Shown here: positions 12,253 through 23,190 of the stretch, piece by piece | Numbering within the stretch: the stretch's first letter is position 1 | Layout of the letters: each line of letters opens with the position of its first letter | Assembly: GCA_002104905.1 (NCBI GenBank) | Contig: MCFE01000092.1 | Location: 1 to 64,000, forward strand | Source: Basidiobolus meristosporus CBS 931.73 | Lineage: Eukaryota; Fungi; Basidiobolomycota | DNA: 64,000 nt | Direction: 5' to 3' | Program-made: the position numbers and the translations under genes | Notes under the pieces: generated by a model | Seen by the model: the letters and a program-made list of their open reading frames with translations, nothing else | What the model was told of the DNA's origin: nothing | The model's database searches: none

Positions 12253-13033
12253 TATTGCCCGCCTCTCTGTACCAAACATTTGTTGATTAATCTTGTAAAA
12301 TACCGCAACTATCACAAATAAACAACTGGAACTTGGATTCACCCGTCATTCTTCTCGATTCAATCCAAAACCCCATTGTTTGGCTGACCAATCCTTCCAA
12401 ATCAGGTGTTACGATCGCTCCGAGCTTGTGGATGGGCCTGCCGTGCCGATACCTAGTGTAAAGTCCCGGGCACGTGTGTTGCTTGTAGCTATCATCGGGA
12501 TCAGGGAGTCCTTGAAATCATTGGATATCGTGGATCAGTAACAAAGATGATCATCCTTTAATAGTGGGGCATTGGATCGACCCGGTCGCACCGCAAGTAA
12601 CCTGAATGAACCTGATGGGGGACAACCGGTTGGGATTCAAAAATTCTAGATCCTATAGAATGACGTACGGCATCCGTGCATGAATCAGCCGGTTAGCATC
12701 CATGCATGGATGAGACCTTTTACTCGATTGAAGCGACAAAAAGTATGGTCCATTGCATCCATGATGGCGTTGGTGTTGGTGCTGGTCCATATCCATACCT
12801 GTGTGTCCTAATCAAGGCCCGTGTGAACGAACATCATGAAAAAAATTAAACTCGAATGACGAATACTCGATTAAACCACAGATGATAATGATTACGAGGA
12901 TGATTCATCCAGCCCAATGATTGGCATGAAGAACAAGATAGAAATGCTGACAAATAACATGCCCGTTGGCGCGTATATAAAATCCGCCCGTCCACACCTT
13001 AATCTCCAATATTGAATTATTGAAGAAATCAAC

Positions 13034-14080
13034 ATGGCTTCCAAGAACACCCAAATCATCTTCAAGAAAGTCCCTGAGGGCATGCCAGTCATTGGGGAGC
13101 ACATGGAGACAGTCACAAAGGACTTCGACCCGAGCTCTGTTACCCTCAACGACAACGATGTGCTTCTCCGTAACCTCTATATCTCTGTTGATCCTTACAT
13201 GCGCGGTAGAATGCGCGCTGCCAACACGAAGTCCTATTCTCCGGCTTTCACCTTGGGCGAGGTGATGGCGGCTGGAGGAGTTAGTGAGGTGATCAAGTCC
13301 AAGAACCCCGAATACAAAGAGGGTGACATTGTCACCGGTATGGTCGGATGGGAGAACTACAGTGTCGTCCCTGAAGGCAAGGATCTCCGCAAGATCGATA
13401 ATGCTCGCGAGTCTTCCATCCCACTGTCATATTACCTCGGCGTCTTGGGAATGCCAGGCATGACTGCATACTCTGGCTTGTTCAAGATCGGTGAACCCAA
13501 GAAAGGAGAGACCATCTTCATTTCTGCTGCATCTGGTGCTGTGGGCCAGGTTGTTGGCCAGATCGCCAAGGTGAAGGGACTCAGAGTGGTGGGCACTGCT
13601 GGCGATGACTCGAAGGTGGAGTACCTGCTGAAGGAGCTGAAGTTCGATGCGGCATTCAACTACAAGAAGGTTGATCTGGATCAGGCGCTGTCAGAGGCAT
13701 GTCCCAACGGGATCGACGTGTACTTTGAGAATGTTGGTGGGAAGATGCTGGATGTGGTGCTGAAGCATTGCAACGATTTCGCCCGCATTCCAGTGTGCGG
13801 AATGATTTCTCAATATAACCGCACCCACGACCCCGAGCCTATCTACAATAGTTTCATGGTTTTGACCAAGAGAATCCGGTTCCAAGGATTCATTGTCAGT
13901 GATATTGCAGGGGAGTTCGCGGCCCAATTCTCCAAGGATATGCCTACATGGATCAAAGAAGGGAAGCTGATCTACAAGGAGGACAAAATGGATGGGATCG
14001 AGAATGCCCCCGAGGCCTTCCTCCGTATCCTACGTGGAGAGAATTTCGGTAAACAGGTGGTCAAACTTGCCGACCTATGA
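13034..14080 (+). CDS. NADP-dependent oxidoreductase, MDR superfamily, PTGR1/2-alkenal reductase-like (copy 1)
   Basis: NLYISVDPYMR, LGVLGMPGMTAY, AASGAVG, DVYFENVGG, CGMISQYN, GENFGKQVV motifs. TATATAAA at ~12974. Confidence 0.95.
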   Translation: MASKNTQIIFKKVPEGMPVIGEHMETVTKDFDPSSVTLNDNDVLLRNLYISVDPYMRGRMRAANTKSYSPAFTLGEVMAAGGVSEVIKSKNPEYKEGDIVTGMVGWENYSVVPEGKDLRKIDNARESSIPLSYYLGVLGMPGMTAYSGLFKIGEPKKGETIFISAASGAVGQVVGQIAKVKGLRVVGTAGDDSKVEYLLKELKFDAAFNYKKVDLDQALSEACPNGIDVYFENVGGKMLDVVLKHCNDFARIPVCGMISQYNRTHDPEPIYNSFMVLTKRIRFQGFIVSDIAGEFAAQFSKDMPTWIKEGKLIYKEDKMDGIENAPEAFLRILRGENFGKQVVKLADL

Positions 14081-14650
14081 TTGGGTCAGCCTAGATGTTT
14101 AGGTTGAATGTAAAATTCTTGGAAGTAAATACAACTTGTAATAAAGTCACGGAAAAATTCCTTCAAATTCTGAAATCCATTACATACTCCTCTCATAAAT
14201 ATGATAATGAATAAATGCTCCGTCCAGGCGCCTTTAAATATGAATCCATGTCCACCAGTCAAAAATATATCTCAGCCAGCAAAATGCACAATAATCATGC
14301 CAACATGAAGGGCGGTATTGTAGACTGCGAATTTTCAAGCTTGAACGGGAATCGGGTTAAAATTTGTTGGGTTATGATTGGAACTCGATGACACAATTAA
14401 CGGGATTGTCTGCCGAGAATCCGAATTCCCGATTTTCACCGGGCCAATGGTAATATTTGGGCCAAACAATCGTCGTAATTCGTGCCACCACCAAATATAC
14501 CAAGAAGTGGAGTGAGCTTTGGCTACAATGTGAATGCCTAGCAAGTGCTCGAAAGTCCCAGAAGCTGGTTGCTGACAAATGGATCCTTCAAGTGGATGGT
14601 ATAAAGCATGCAGCGATGAAGCGGTCCACACAAAATCATTCAATATCAAC

Positions 14651-15697
14651 ATGTCCACCAAGAACACCCAAATCATCTTCAACAAAGTCCCCGAGGGTAT
14701 GCCTGTCGCCGGGGAGCACATGAAGACAATCACAAAGGACTTCGACCCGAGCTCTGTTACCCTCAACGACAACGATGTGCTTCTCCGCAACCTGTACATC
14801 TCAGTTGACCCTTATATGCGCAGCAGAATGCGCCCTGCCAATGTCAAATCCTATGCCCCAGCCTTCGCACTAGGAGAGGTGATGACGGCTGGAGGAGTCA
14901 GTGAGGTGATCAAGTCCAAGAACCCCGAATACAAAGAGGGTGACATTGTCACCGGTATGGTCGGATGGGAGAACTACAGTGTCGTCCCTGAAGGCAAGGA
15001 TCTCCGCAAGATCGATAATGCTCGCGAGTCTTCCATCCCACTGTCATACCATCTTGGCGTCTTAGGCATGCCGGGCATGACCGCTTACGCTGGCTTGTTC
15101 AAGATCGGTGAACCCAAGAAAGGAGAGACCATCTTCATTTCTGCTGCATCTGGTGCTGTGGGCCAGGTTGTAGGTCAGATCGCCAAGGTGAAGGGACTCA
15201 GAGTGGTGGGCACTGCTGGCGATGACTCGAAGGTGGAGTACCTGCTGAAGGAGCTGAAGTTCGATGCGGCATTCAACTACAAGAAGGTTGATCTGGATCA
15301 GGCACTGTCAGAGGCATGTCCCAACGGGATCGACGTGTACTTTGAGAATGTTGGTGGGAAGATGCTGGATGTGGTGCTGAAGCACTGCAACGATTTCGCC
15401 CGCATTCCGGTGTGTGGGATGATCTCCCAGTACAACCGATTCCTAAACCCCGAGCCCATCTACAACATTGCCATGATCCTGACCAAGAGAATCCGGTTCC
15501 AAGGATTCATTGTCCGTGAGATCGCCGCGGACTATGCGGCCCAGTTCGCCCAGGACGTCCCAGCATGGATCAAAGAAGGGAAGCTGATCTACAAAGACGA
15601 CCAAATGGATGGGATCGAGAATGCCCCCGAGGCCTTCCTCCGGATCCTTCGTGGAGAGAACTTTGGTAAGCAGGTTGTCAAGCTAGCGGATTTGTAA
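14651..15697 (+). CDS. PTGR1-like NADP-dependent oxidoreductase (copy 2)
   Basis: Same motifs. Start placed by alignment to copy 1 (TCAAC-ATG context); the upstream in-frame ATG precedes the TATAAA box. Confidence 0.95.
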   Translation: MSTKNTQIIFNKVPEGMPVAGEHMKTITKDFDPSSVTLNDNDVLLRNLYISVDPYMRSRMRPANVKSYAPAFALGEVMTAGGVSEVIKSKNPEYKEGDIVTGMVGWENYSVVPEGKDLRKIDNARESSIPLSYHLGVLGMPGMTAYAGLFKIGEPKKGETIFISAASGAVGQVVGQIAKVKGLRVVGTAGDDSKVEYLLKELKFDAAFNYKKVDLDQALSEACPNGIDVYFENVGGKMLDVVLKHCNDFARIPVCGMISQYNRFLNPEPIYNIAMILTKRIRFQGFIVREIAADYAAQFAQDVPAWIKEGKLIYKDDQMDGIENAPEAFLRILRGENFGKQVVKLADL

Positions 15698-16733
15698 TTC
15701 GATCAGCCTCGTGGGGGGGGGAGGGTCCACTAGTTCAGATAGAACACAATAAAGTCAGCATGTGGAGGTTTCACCACCCAAAATTAAGGTTTGCATCGGT
15801 GCGACATCCACGCCCAAATTAGTAAGTTTCCAAGGAACCTCTGACAGAGATAGAAAGCAGGGTCATGAATCGGCATCGGCCATCGTGAATCGTAAAATTG
15901 ACGAATGTGCCTAATGTGAGCAGGCCGTCGGTGAAACTACTGGTTATTGGTAAATCATCTCTTCAAAACAGAAGCCAATCGTATTAGGTGGTTGATACCA
16001 GAACATGACTATACTCTGGCTAGTTCAAGATCTAAGACCCATCTTTATTTACCACTGATGCTGTAGATCAGGTAGTTGGACTCCGAGAGACTTAGGGTAA
16101 TGATAACTGCAAGTTAGGATGTCTATTCTAAGAGCTCGACCTCGCCAAGGTTTACTTTACTCAAGCACTTTCGTGCAACTTGAGAATTATCATGGAAGAA
16201 CGGCGGGCAGATTGCCCGGGTTCCATATGCGAATGATCACCCAATACAGCTGCTCGCATGGTCCAACTTACCGGAAACGCACTAGATTCTAAAATTCGTG
16301 ACAAGCCTATCTATCGAAAATAGCATCATGTATGGTGTTGACTAACGATACATCCAAGCACCCTTGATTTAGATCTCAATACTAAAAACCATATGTACAT
16401 CCCACCGTAATATATGCAAGAATCAGGTCAACATTAAACTTCACCTGAGTAAGAATTGGGTAGTTGTTATCAAGACAACATTAGCGGGGCTGTCTGCCGA
16501 GTATCCGAATTCCCGATTTTCACCGGGCCAATGATAATCTCTGGGCCAAACAATCGTCGTAATTCGTTCCACCACCAAATATACCAAGAAGTGGAGTGAC
16601 CTACGACAACAATATGAGCGTCTACCAGATGCTCGAAGATTCTAATGCTGGTTGCTGACAAATGGATCCTTCAAATGGATGGTATAAAGCATGCAGCAAT
16701 GAAGCGGTCCACACAAAATCATTCAATATCAAC

Positions 16734-17780
16734 ATGTCCACCAAGAACACCCAAATCATCTTCAACAAAGTCCCCGAGGGTATGCCTGTCGCTGGGGAGC
16801 ACATGAAGACAATCACAAAGGACTTCGACCCGAGCTCTGTTACCCTCAACGATAACGATGTGCTTCTCCGCAACCTGTACATCTCAGTTGACCCTTATAT
16901 GCGCGGCAGAATGCGCCCTGCCAATGTCAAATCCTATGCCCCAGCCTTCGCACTAGGAGAGGTGATGACGGCTGGAGGAGTCAGTGAGGTGATCAAGTCC
17001 AAGAACCCCGAATACAAAGAGGGTGACATTGTCACCGGTATGGTCGGATGGGAGAACTACAGTGTCGTCCCTGAAGGCAAGGATCTCCGCAAGATCGACA
17101 ATGCTCGTCAGTCTCCCATCCCACTGTCATACCATCTTGGCGTCTTAGGCATGCCGGGCATGACCGCTTACGCTGGCTTGTTCAAGATCGGTGAACCCAA
17201 GAAAGGAGAGACCATCTTCATTTCTGCTGCATCTGGTGCTGTGGGCCAGGTTGTAGGTCAGATCGCCAAGGTGAAGGGACTCAGAGTGGTGGGCACTGCT
17301 GGCGATGACTCGAAGGTGGAGTACCTGCTGAAGGAGCTGAAGTTCGATGCGGCATTCAACTACAAGAAGGTTGATCTGGATCAGGCACTGTCAGAGGCAT
17401 GTCCCAACGGGATCGACGTGTACTTTGAGAATGTTGGTGGGAAGATGCTGGATGTGGTGCTGAAGCACTGCAACGATTTCGCCCGCATTCCGGTGTGTGG
17501 GATGATCTCCCAGTACAACCGATTCCTAAACCCCGAGCCCATCTACAACATTGCCATGATCCTGACCAAGAGAATCCGGTTCCAAGGATTCATTGTCCGC
17601 GAGATCGCCGCGGACTATGCGGCCCAGTTCGCTCAGGACGTCCCAGCATGGATCAAAGAAGGGAAGCTGATCTACAAAGACGACCAAATGGATGGGATCG
17701 AGAATGCCCCCGAGGCCTTCCTCCGGATCCTTCGTGGAGAGAACTTTGGCAAGCAGGTTGTCAAGCTAGCGGATTTGTAA
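16734..17780 (+). CDS. PTGR1-like NADP-dependent oxidoreductase (copy 3), tandem duplicate of copy 2 at 2083-bp offset
   Basis: Differs from copy 2 by about three residues (S/G at YMR.R, ESS/QSP). Promoter and 3' flank are also duplicated. Confidence 0.95.
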   Translation: MSTKNTQIIFNKVPEGMPVAGEHMKTITKDFDPSSVTLNDNDVLLRNLYISVDPYMRGRMRPANVKSYAPAFALGEVMTAGGVSEVIKSKNPEYKEGDIVTGMVGWENYSVVPEGKDLRKIDNARQSPIPLSYHLGVLGMPGMTAYAGLFKIGEPKKGETIFISAASGAVGQVVGQIAKVKGLRVVGTAGDDSKVEYLLKELKFDAAFNYKKVDLDQALSEACPNGIDVYFENVGGKMLDVVLKHCNDFARIPVCGMISQYNRFLNPEPIYNIAMILTKRIRFQGFIVREIAADYAAQFAQDVPAWIKEGKLIYKDDQMDGIENAPEAFLRILRGENFGKQVVKLADL

Positions 17781-18089
17781 TTCGATCAGCCTCGTGGGGG
17801 GGAGGGTTCACTAGTTCAGATAGAACACAATAAAGTTAGCATGTGGAGGTTTCACCACCCAAAATTAAGGTTTGCATCGGTGTGACATCCACGCCCAAAT
17901 TAGTAAGTTTCCAAGGAACCTCTGACAGAGACAGAAAACAGGATTGCAGTCTGGCTTCATCTATCTTAATTCATGATGTGAGCGAGCGACTAGTGAAAAT
18001 CCAGGTTGCTGACAGATTGTGTATAGGAATTAGAGGTTAACCGAATGAATTAAAGGAGGAAGCAACGAAGTGTTACATGCTAAAGCGCT

Positions 18090-18800
18090 ATGCCCACAAA
18101 TAATATCCAAATCGTCTTTAAGAAGGTCCCCCAAGGTACGCCGGCCATTGGAGAGCACATGGAGACCGTCGCAAAGGACTCTAATGCCGACTCCGTTTTC
18201 CTTAGTGACAACGATGTGAAGAGCAACCCCGTTCCTGATCCAGAAAAACGATCCATCGGATGCGTTCATTATATGGTACACGCGCGAGCCCGCTCCCAAA
18301 TCATAGGTGACATCCAAACTTAGCTTGATGTGACCTCATGTTGGACGATAAATACTGACACCCAACATTCCGATTTCCAATCTTAGGCACACTTGATAAC
18401 CATGGAATCCAACACCGACCTTTGCACCACCAACATCCTTGGGTGATTGGAATGGGAATTGACGACAACGAAGTTCCAGCCTGGATTACGGAGGGGAATC
18501 GATGTCAACTCCGTTCCCCTCCACAACAATGATGTCCTGCTTCGTAATTTGTATCTGTCGTTTGACCCTTACATGCGCGATCTCAGCATCAAATGTACCA
18601 CCCGGGGTCTACTCTGGGAAAGATGATGACAGCCGGAGGAGTTCGGGCACCGCTTTGGTAAACAGATTGTGTCCAAGTGCCAACCCACACAATAAAAATG
18701 TACTCCTGGAGACCCGCTCCGGCGGAAATATTCCCACCAATGGAAGGGGGTTGAAAATTGATTACCCATAGACAAATTCGCCCTCATGACTGCCAAATCT
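18090..18800 (+). pseudogene. Fragmented relics of further oxidoreductase copies
   Basis: MPTNNIQIVFKKVPQGTPAIGEHMETVAKD (18090-), VPAWITEG-like (~18470), NNDVLLRNLYLSFDPYMR (~18525-18580). Confidence 0.8.
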
Positions 18801-19189
18801 ATCACTGTGAGCCAATCAGCGAGATGGTCTGTGTCCCCAGAATTGGGCAGGTTGATGTGCTAACCCGCTATACTCGACGAGGAAGATTCAAGTTACCAAT
18901 AGCGTCAATCTTCAAATAAACGCAATGTCGCGCGATTTCCCTTGAATGAACTTTAAATTATATGGACTTCATTTAATTACAACTACAACTTCGTGGAGAT
19001 CTGAATACACACGGGTAGTAACAGGTGTTGAGATATATTACAGATTGGGTGTTGACCAAGAAAATGTTGAAAGTGAGTCTGGAATCCCCGAATCATGGTC
19101 GAGCGTAGGCGTTGGCTGAGGTTTGGAATGAATTAAACAAGTAATTTACAACGGAGAGATCCTGGACTCGACCCAGGGCCACTGGCATC

Positions 19190-20648
19190 TTACTGCTCCC
19201 GGAACAAAGCTTTGCCTACTTCGTAGCTTGATATCATGATCGCGCAAGAGGGCGCAACTTTGGCCACACGGGGCACCAACCCGGTAAATAGGCCCCTGCA
19301 CCCATCTTTCTTGAATATGTTCCTCATGACTTCGTATACCTTGGGCTTTGCTTTGGAGGTTACATCGTTGGATGTGTCCACTTGGATATGGGTCTTGGCA
19401 ACGTCGAATGGAGTGGTTAATGTGGCGGCGATCGAGCCAGAAACCGCACCTGCTATGAATGCGAATTGGAACTCATCCGAAGGGGTTAAGCGGTCCCCGG
19501 TATGGTTTAGTTTGAGTTGATGCTTGATGGTTTCGTAGCCCATCCAATATAATCCTAACCAGAAATGTCAGGAATGTGCTTCTCGTCAAGAATCACCTAG
19601 CGTAAGGCCTACCTGAGAATGGAACATCTCTCCATAAAGTTGGACTAAGGCCCTTCCACAACGATAATACGCCTGCTCGCTTCACCATATTTGAGACGCC
19701 ACTCATTACCTCTGCAAGGAAAACGTCACATCAGCGATGGAACAAATCAGAGTAGTATCCAGGATTACGTACCGGTAAGGCTAGTTCCTGACGCCGCTGA
19801 CTGAACTCTAGTTCTGATCAATTCGATGGGAGATATACAAGTGACGGCGCATGCTAAAATTAAGGTCAGTAAGTGCTTGTTAAACAGTATAGAGCTTGGC
19901 CTCGAGACATACTTCTTGCGATGGATCCCACGATGAACGGGCTATATTTTTCAACCACTGGATCACGGATATTTAGCTTGATAAAATCTCTCATGTAATC
20001 GTAACCAACGTAATATATAGCGGTGGCGGGGAGCTGCATAAGTCTAGGCCACTTGGTTAAGGTCTATGGTAGGAATGAGATTTCATGGGTGAAGCTTACA
20101 ATGTGGGTGACAGTCCTTTCCATAATTTGGTGACACCTTCGTGGCGAGCAATCTTTACGACTCCATCCTAGACAACGGGGGATGTGTTAAATCATGGTGA
20201 TAGGTCAATTCAAGGCAATCTCACTTACCCAAGTCCCCTTGAGCTGTCGACTATGATCTTCAATGGCAAAGTCACTTGCGCATATGCGTAGCACAGGTGC
20301 GCTACCAAGAGAATGCCCTGACCAACGGCTAGCGGCAATTCCTCGGTGTGGTACTAAAGGGTATGTGTCTATACAAGCAACAGATAAAGGCGAGCCATAG
20401 CAGTAAACCACTTTGGGTGGGGCCTTGTTGAACGTCTGTGACTGAAGACGGGTTTTAACTACATCAAGAGGCGTGACTGTGATACGTAAACAAGTAAGTA
20501 AGTTGTTTTGCACAGGTCAAGGAAGGGAGTGGTGTGTCATACCAAGTATGGAGGTGAGTAAAGCTCCACCACAAGCAGAGGCCATTTTGTAAACGGGATC
20601 GATGGCAGCGGTGCTCTCAATAGAAGTGGAATTCACCTGAGAAGCCAT
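19190..20648 (-). CDS. MTM1: Mitochondrial carrier, SLC25A39/40 / yeast Mtm1 clade; exons approx. 20648-20543, 20476-20229, 20167-20100, 20043-19913, 19853-19773, 19711-19613, 19554-19190
   Basis: Three carrier signatures (PLDVVKTRLQ, PIELIRTRVQ, PFDVAKTHIQ), plus LWKGLSPTLWRDVPFSGLYW and PRVAKVAPSCAIMISSYE. GT-AG introns keep the frame. Confidence 0.88.
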
Positions 20649-21405
20649 TCTATCCAAACGTACGAGCTATGTGGAGAAAAAAAGAGCGATACGAAAAGAT
20701 AAGGGGTAACCGAAGCGCTGTATACCAAGCGACTGAACAGACTGCTTGAACGTCGAAATCGATATCCAGGCCGCATGTCGAGAACCAATATTAAATAGGG
20801 AAGTGGAAAAAATTTTATACAGAATAAGATGGGTTGAGGTCTAAATGGATCGATGGATCAAGGTGATGAAATTCTGGGCATTCTGACTAGTGGGTAGCTT
20901 TCTAATTATCTATAATGATTCACGATCGCTGTTTGTTACCATTGTTACTCTATGTGTTTAGTCAGACAGAATGAGCTGGCTTGGTTACTTCGAAGGTGTA
21001 TATAGTGGTCAATTCAACACCTGAGTCACCAATCCGAATTGGCCAATGTTTTAGGTTGTGGTCTCTTGGGCATGTGCCATGTGGTGGTAGTAAGTTGGCC
21101 ACCTCTGGTCTACCGGTAATTCAGCTAAGGCTAAGGTAAGGTTTCTAAATCGAGAGGCCCTGGAGATCGAATGACACCCTGGAGATTTACCAAATCAAGC
21201 CACCAACCTGCCCAGAACCTAATTACGCCCGACCAATGTGTTAAATTTGACTAAATGCCTTCCAAATCCCGACTGAATGCCATCATTCCCCCATCATTCC
21301 CCATCATTTCTATCCTTCCCTCAATGCTAAACCTTGTTTCACTCGCTTCTTTGCCACCTGACATAAATTGCTAACCTCGTGCACAAGTATTCTTAGCGCT
21401 GGAAT

Positions 21406-22284
21406 GCACACCGATGTCACTTCCCTCCTATCTCACACTGGCGTTAGGAGATTCATCCTCTTGGTAACAGATTGCGTAAGAATTCAATCAGTCGTTCCCT
21501 GGCCATCGGACGGACGTACTGCGGCTTGGTCGATCACCATTCAACGTCAAGCCGAGCAACACAACGCGGGATTTCAGTGGAAGTGCCACCGGTTTTCCTC
21601 GATGCGGTTAGTCTTGGAGGCCTCCGAATCTACCGGCCATCGTTCGCTGCGTAATACAATCGCTCAGGGCTGTCCTTGGGTGGTTTCTTACCATCCATCT
21701 TGCTTCCCAATGGACCGGTGTTACACTGAACCTCTTTTCAATCCCCATGTGTCATGAGAAACCTGACGATTTGGATGAGTCACCATGGGCATATCACTTC
21801 AACCCGCTTATCCAGATAACGCTAAATCCCGTGATGCACGGTGGAGATTACCTCCCGAAATTCCAAATCGCCGTAATCTGGCGATTCTCGATGCACCACT
21901 CTTCGTTGCAGACTAACATCTCCAGGGCCAACCATGGGTCGCCTTTGTGGTGATTGATCAGTTTAGCACCCAATTGTTCACCGATCCCGGTTTCCCACTT
22001 GCCCAACTTCTCCACGAGTCCCCAATTCATCATCCAGCGTCTAGTGAGTGGGCGTCCTGGATAGAAGGCGAATTCAGGATACTGGTCCACTCTCATGGAC
22101 CAAGCTTGGCATTCTGGGAACATACTCGAGACGATTGTATGCATTGTTCCAAAGGTCCATCTCAATGTATAGCCAAGAATTTCATGCCTGGGAGAAGGTT
22201 ATTGCGGAAACACCGGAAGTTGCCAGAGAGTTCAAGCACATCCCGAAGCCTCCAGCTCTTACAAGATACTTCCTAAGGCCTTAG
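21406..22284 (+). pseudogene. Unidentified CpG-rich coding-like segment broken across frames (pseudogene or unmodelled spliced gene)
   Basis: Consecutive protein-like ORF pieces in different frames, e.g. PWVAFVVIDQF...WEHTR then RRLYALFQRSISMYSQEFHAWEKV...LRP-stop. Lies divergent from MTM1. Confidence 0.35.
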
Positions 22285-22879
22285 ACTTGTACTTTTTCTA
22301 TCCACTCCAAAGTAATTGCCTCGAGTTAGCCACTTGGATCCTATTCTGTGACCTTGATTCTTCCTGACCAAATCCGACATATTTAGCCCAAATCAGCTGA
22401 AACAGTTACGCATGAATTTGCTCTGCCAACCAGGCAGTTATCCTCGGCCTTATAGTAAAATAATCCCCTTATTGGTATTTGATTTAGTTCTATTCCAGCA
22501 CCACAGTAGCCCAAATTATCCTGTCCTGAGTAGTTGAAATTGTGCTTGAAACAGATATCAGAAGATCCATTGCAGTGTTCAAAAATGCATCCAACAGCTG
22601 CATCCGACCAGACAACTCCCTATGAAAAATCCGAAAGTTGGAATTCATTGGGTTTTTAACTGGTATTCAGCTGGTGTTTCTACTTCAAATTTTCAGTTGC
22701 AATTTTTGATGGAAGTGATGAGCGGCTGATTACCTAATTTGGTACGAATGCTTGCTGACCTAGTCTCCCCTTGGAAAGGATGCCTGCTTGTCTGCTGTGT
22801 TGCTGGTACCTGAGATGCTAAGAGTTGTCACTTTTGTGAAAGTTGGAATTCAACTGATATTGTGACAGTGGTATTGGCC

Positions 22880-23190
22880 TTTTCTTAGTATTTTTTTTCT
22901 TTGAGAAAAAGATCTCATGAGGCTGGTCTACTGATGGATACAAGCTATCATTTATATGTCAATCCTTGTATATATCAATCTGCCAACCATTGATTGATAC
23001 AGGAAGTTTGGTAATTCATATGGTATTAAGCTCTATTGATTGTGTTAATTTTCACCAGGTCCACACCTAGAGATAATGCAGCTGGATCTACTCTAACTGG
23101 AATTTAGCAGGTACCTTGGTCACCAGTATTCTTATAGAAGCTCAGAGATTCCAGACCAGAGCCTATCTTTCAATTTCAGGCTCTTCTTGA
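22880..23190 (-). mobile_element. Possible highly decayed non-LTR (LINE) RT fragment
   Basis: Weak resemblance to PGPDG..EFYK and RPI.L...DYK motifs; no ORF. Confidence 0.25.

Noticed and set aside
14579-14650. 24-aa N-terminal extension of oxidoreductase copies 2 and 3
   Set aside because: Spans the TATAAA box and is absent from copy 1; the downstream ATG aligns with copy 1.
17495-17833. Alternate-frame 112-aa ORF over the end of oxidoreductase copy 3
   Set aside because: Frame shadow; the corresponding copy-2 sequence differs in the G-run and gives no equivalent ORF in the track.
11095-20648. Kinase, reductase array and MTM1 as a functional gene cluster
   Set aside because: No shared pathway, backbone enzyme or regulatory motif is visible; adjacency is adequately explained by a gene island between TE blocks.
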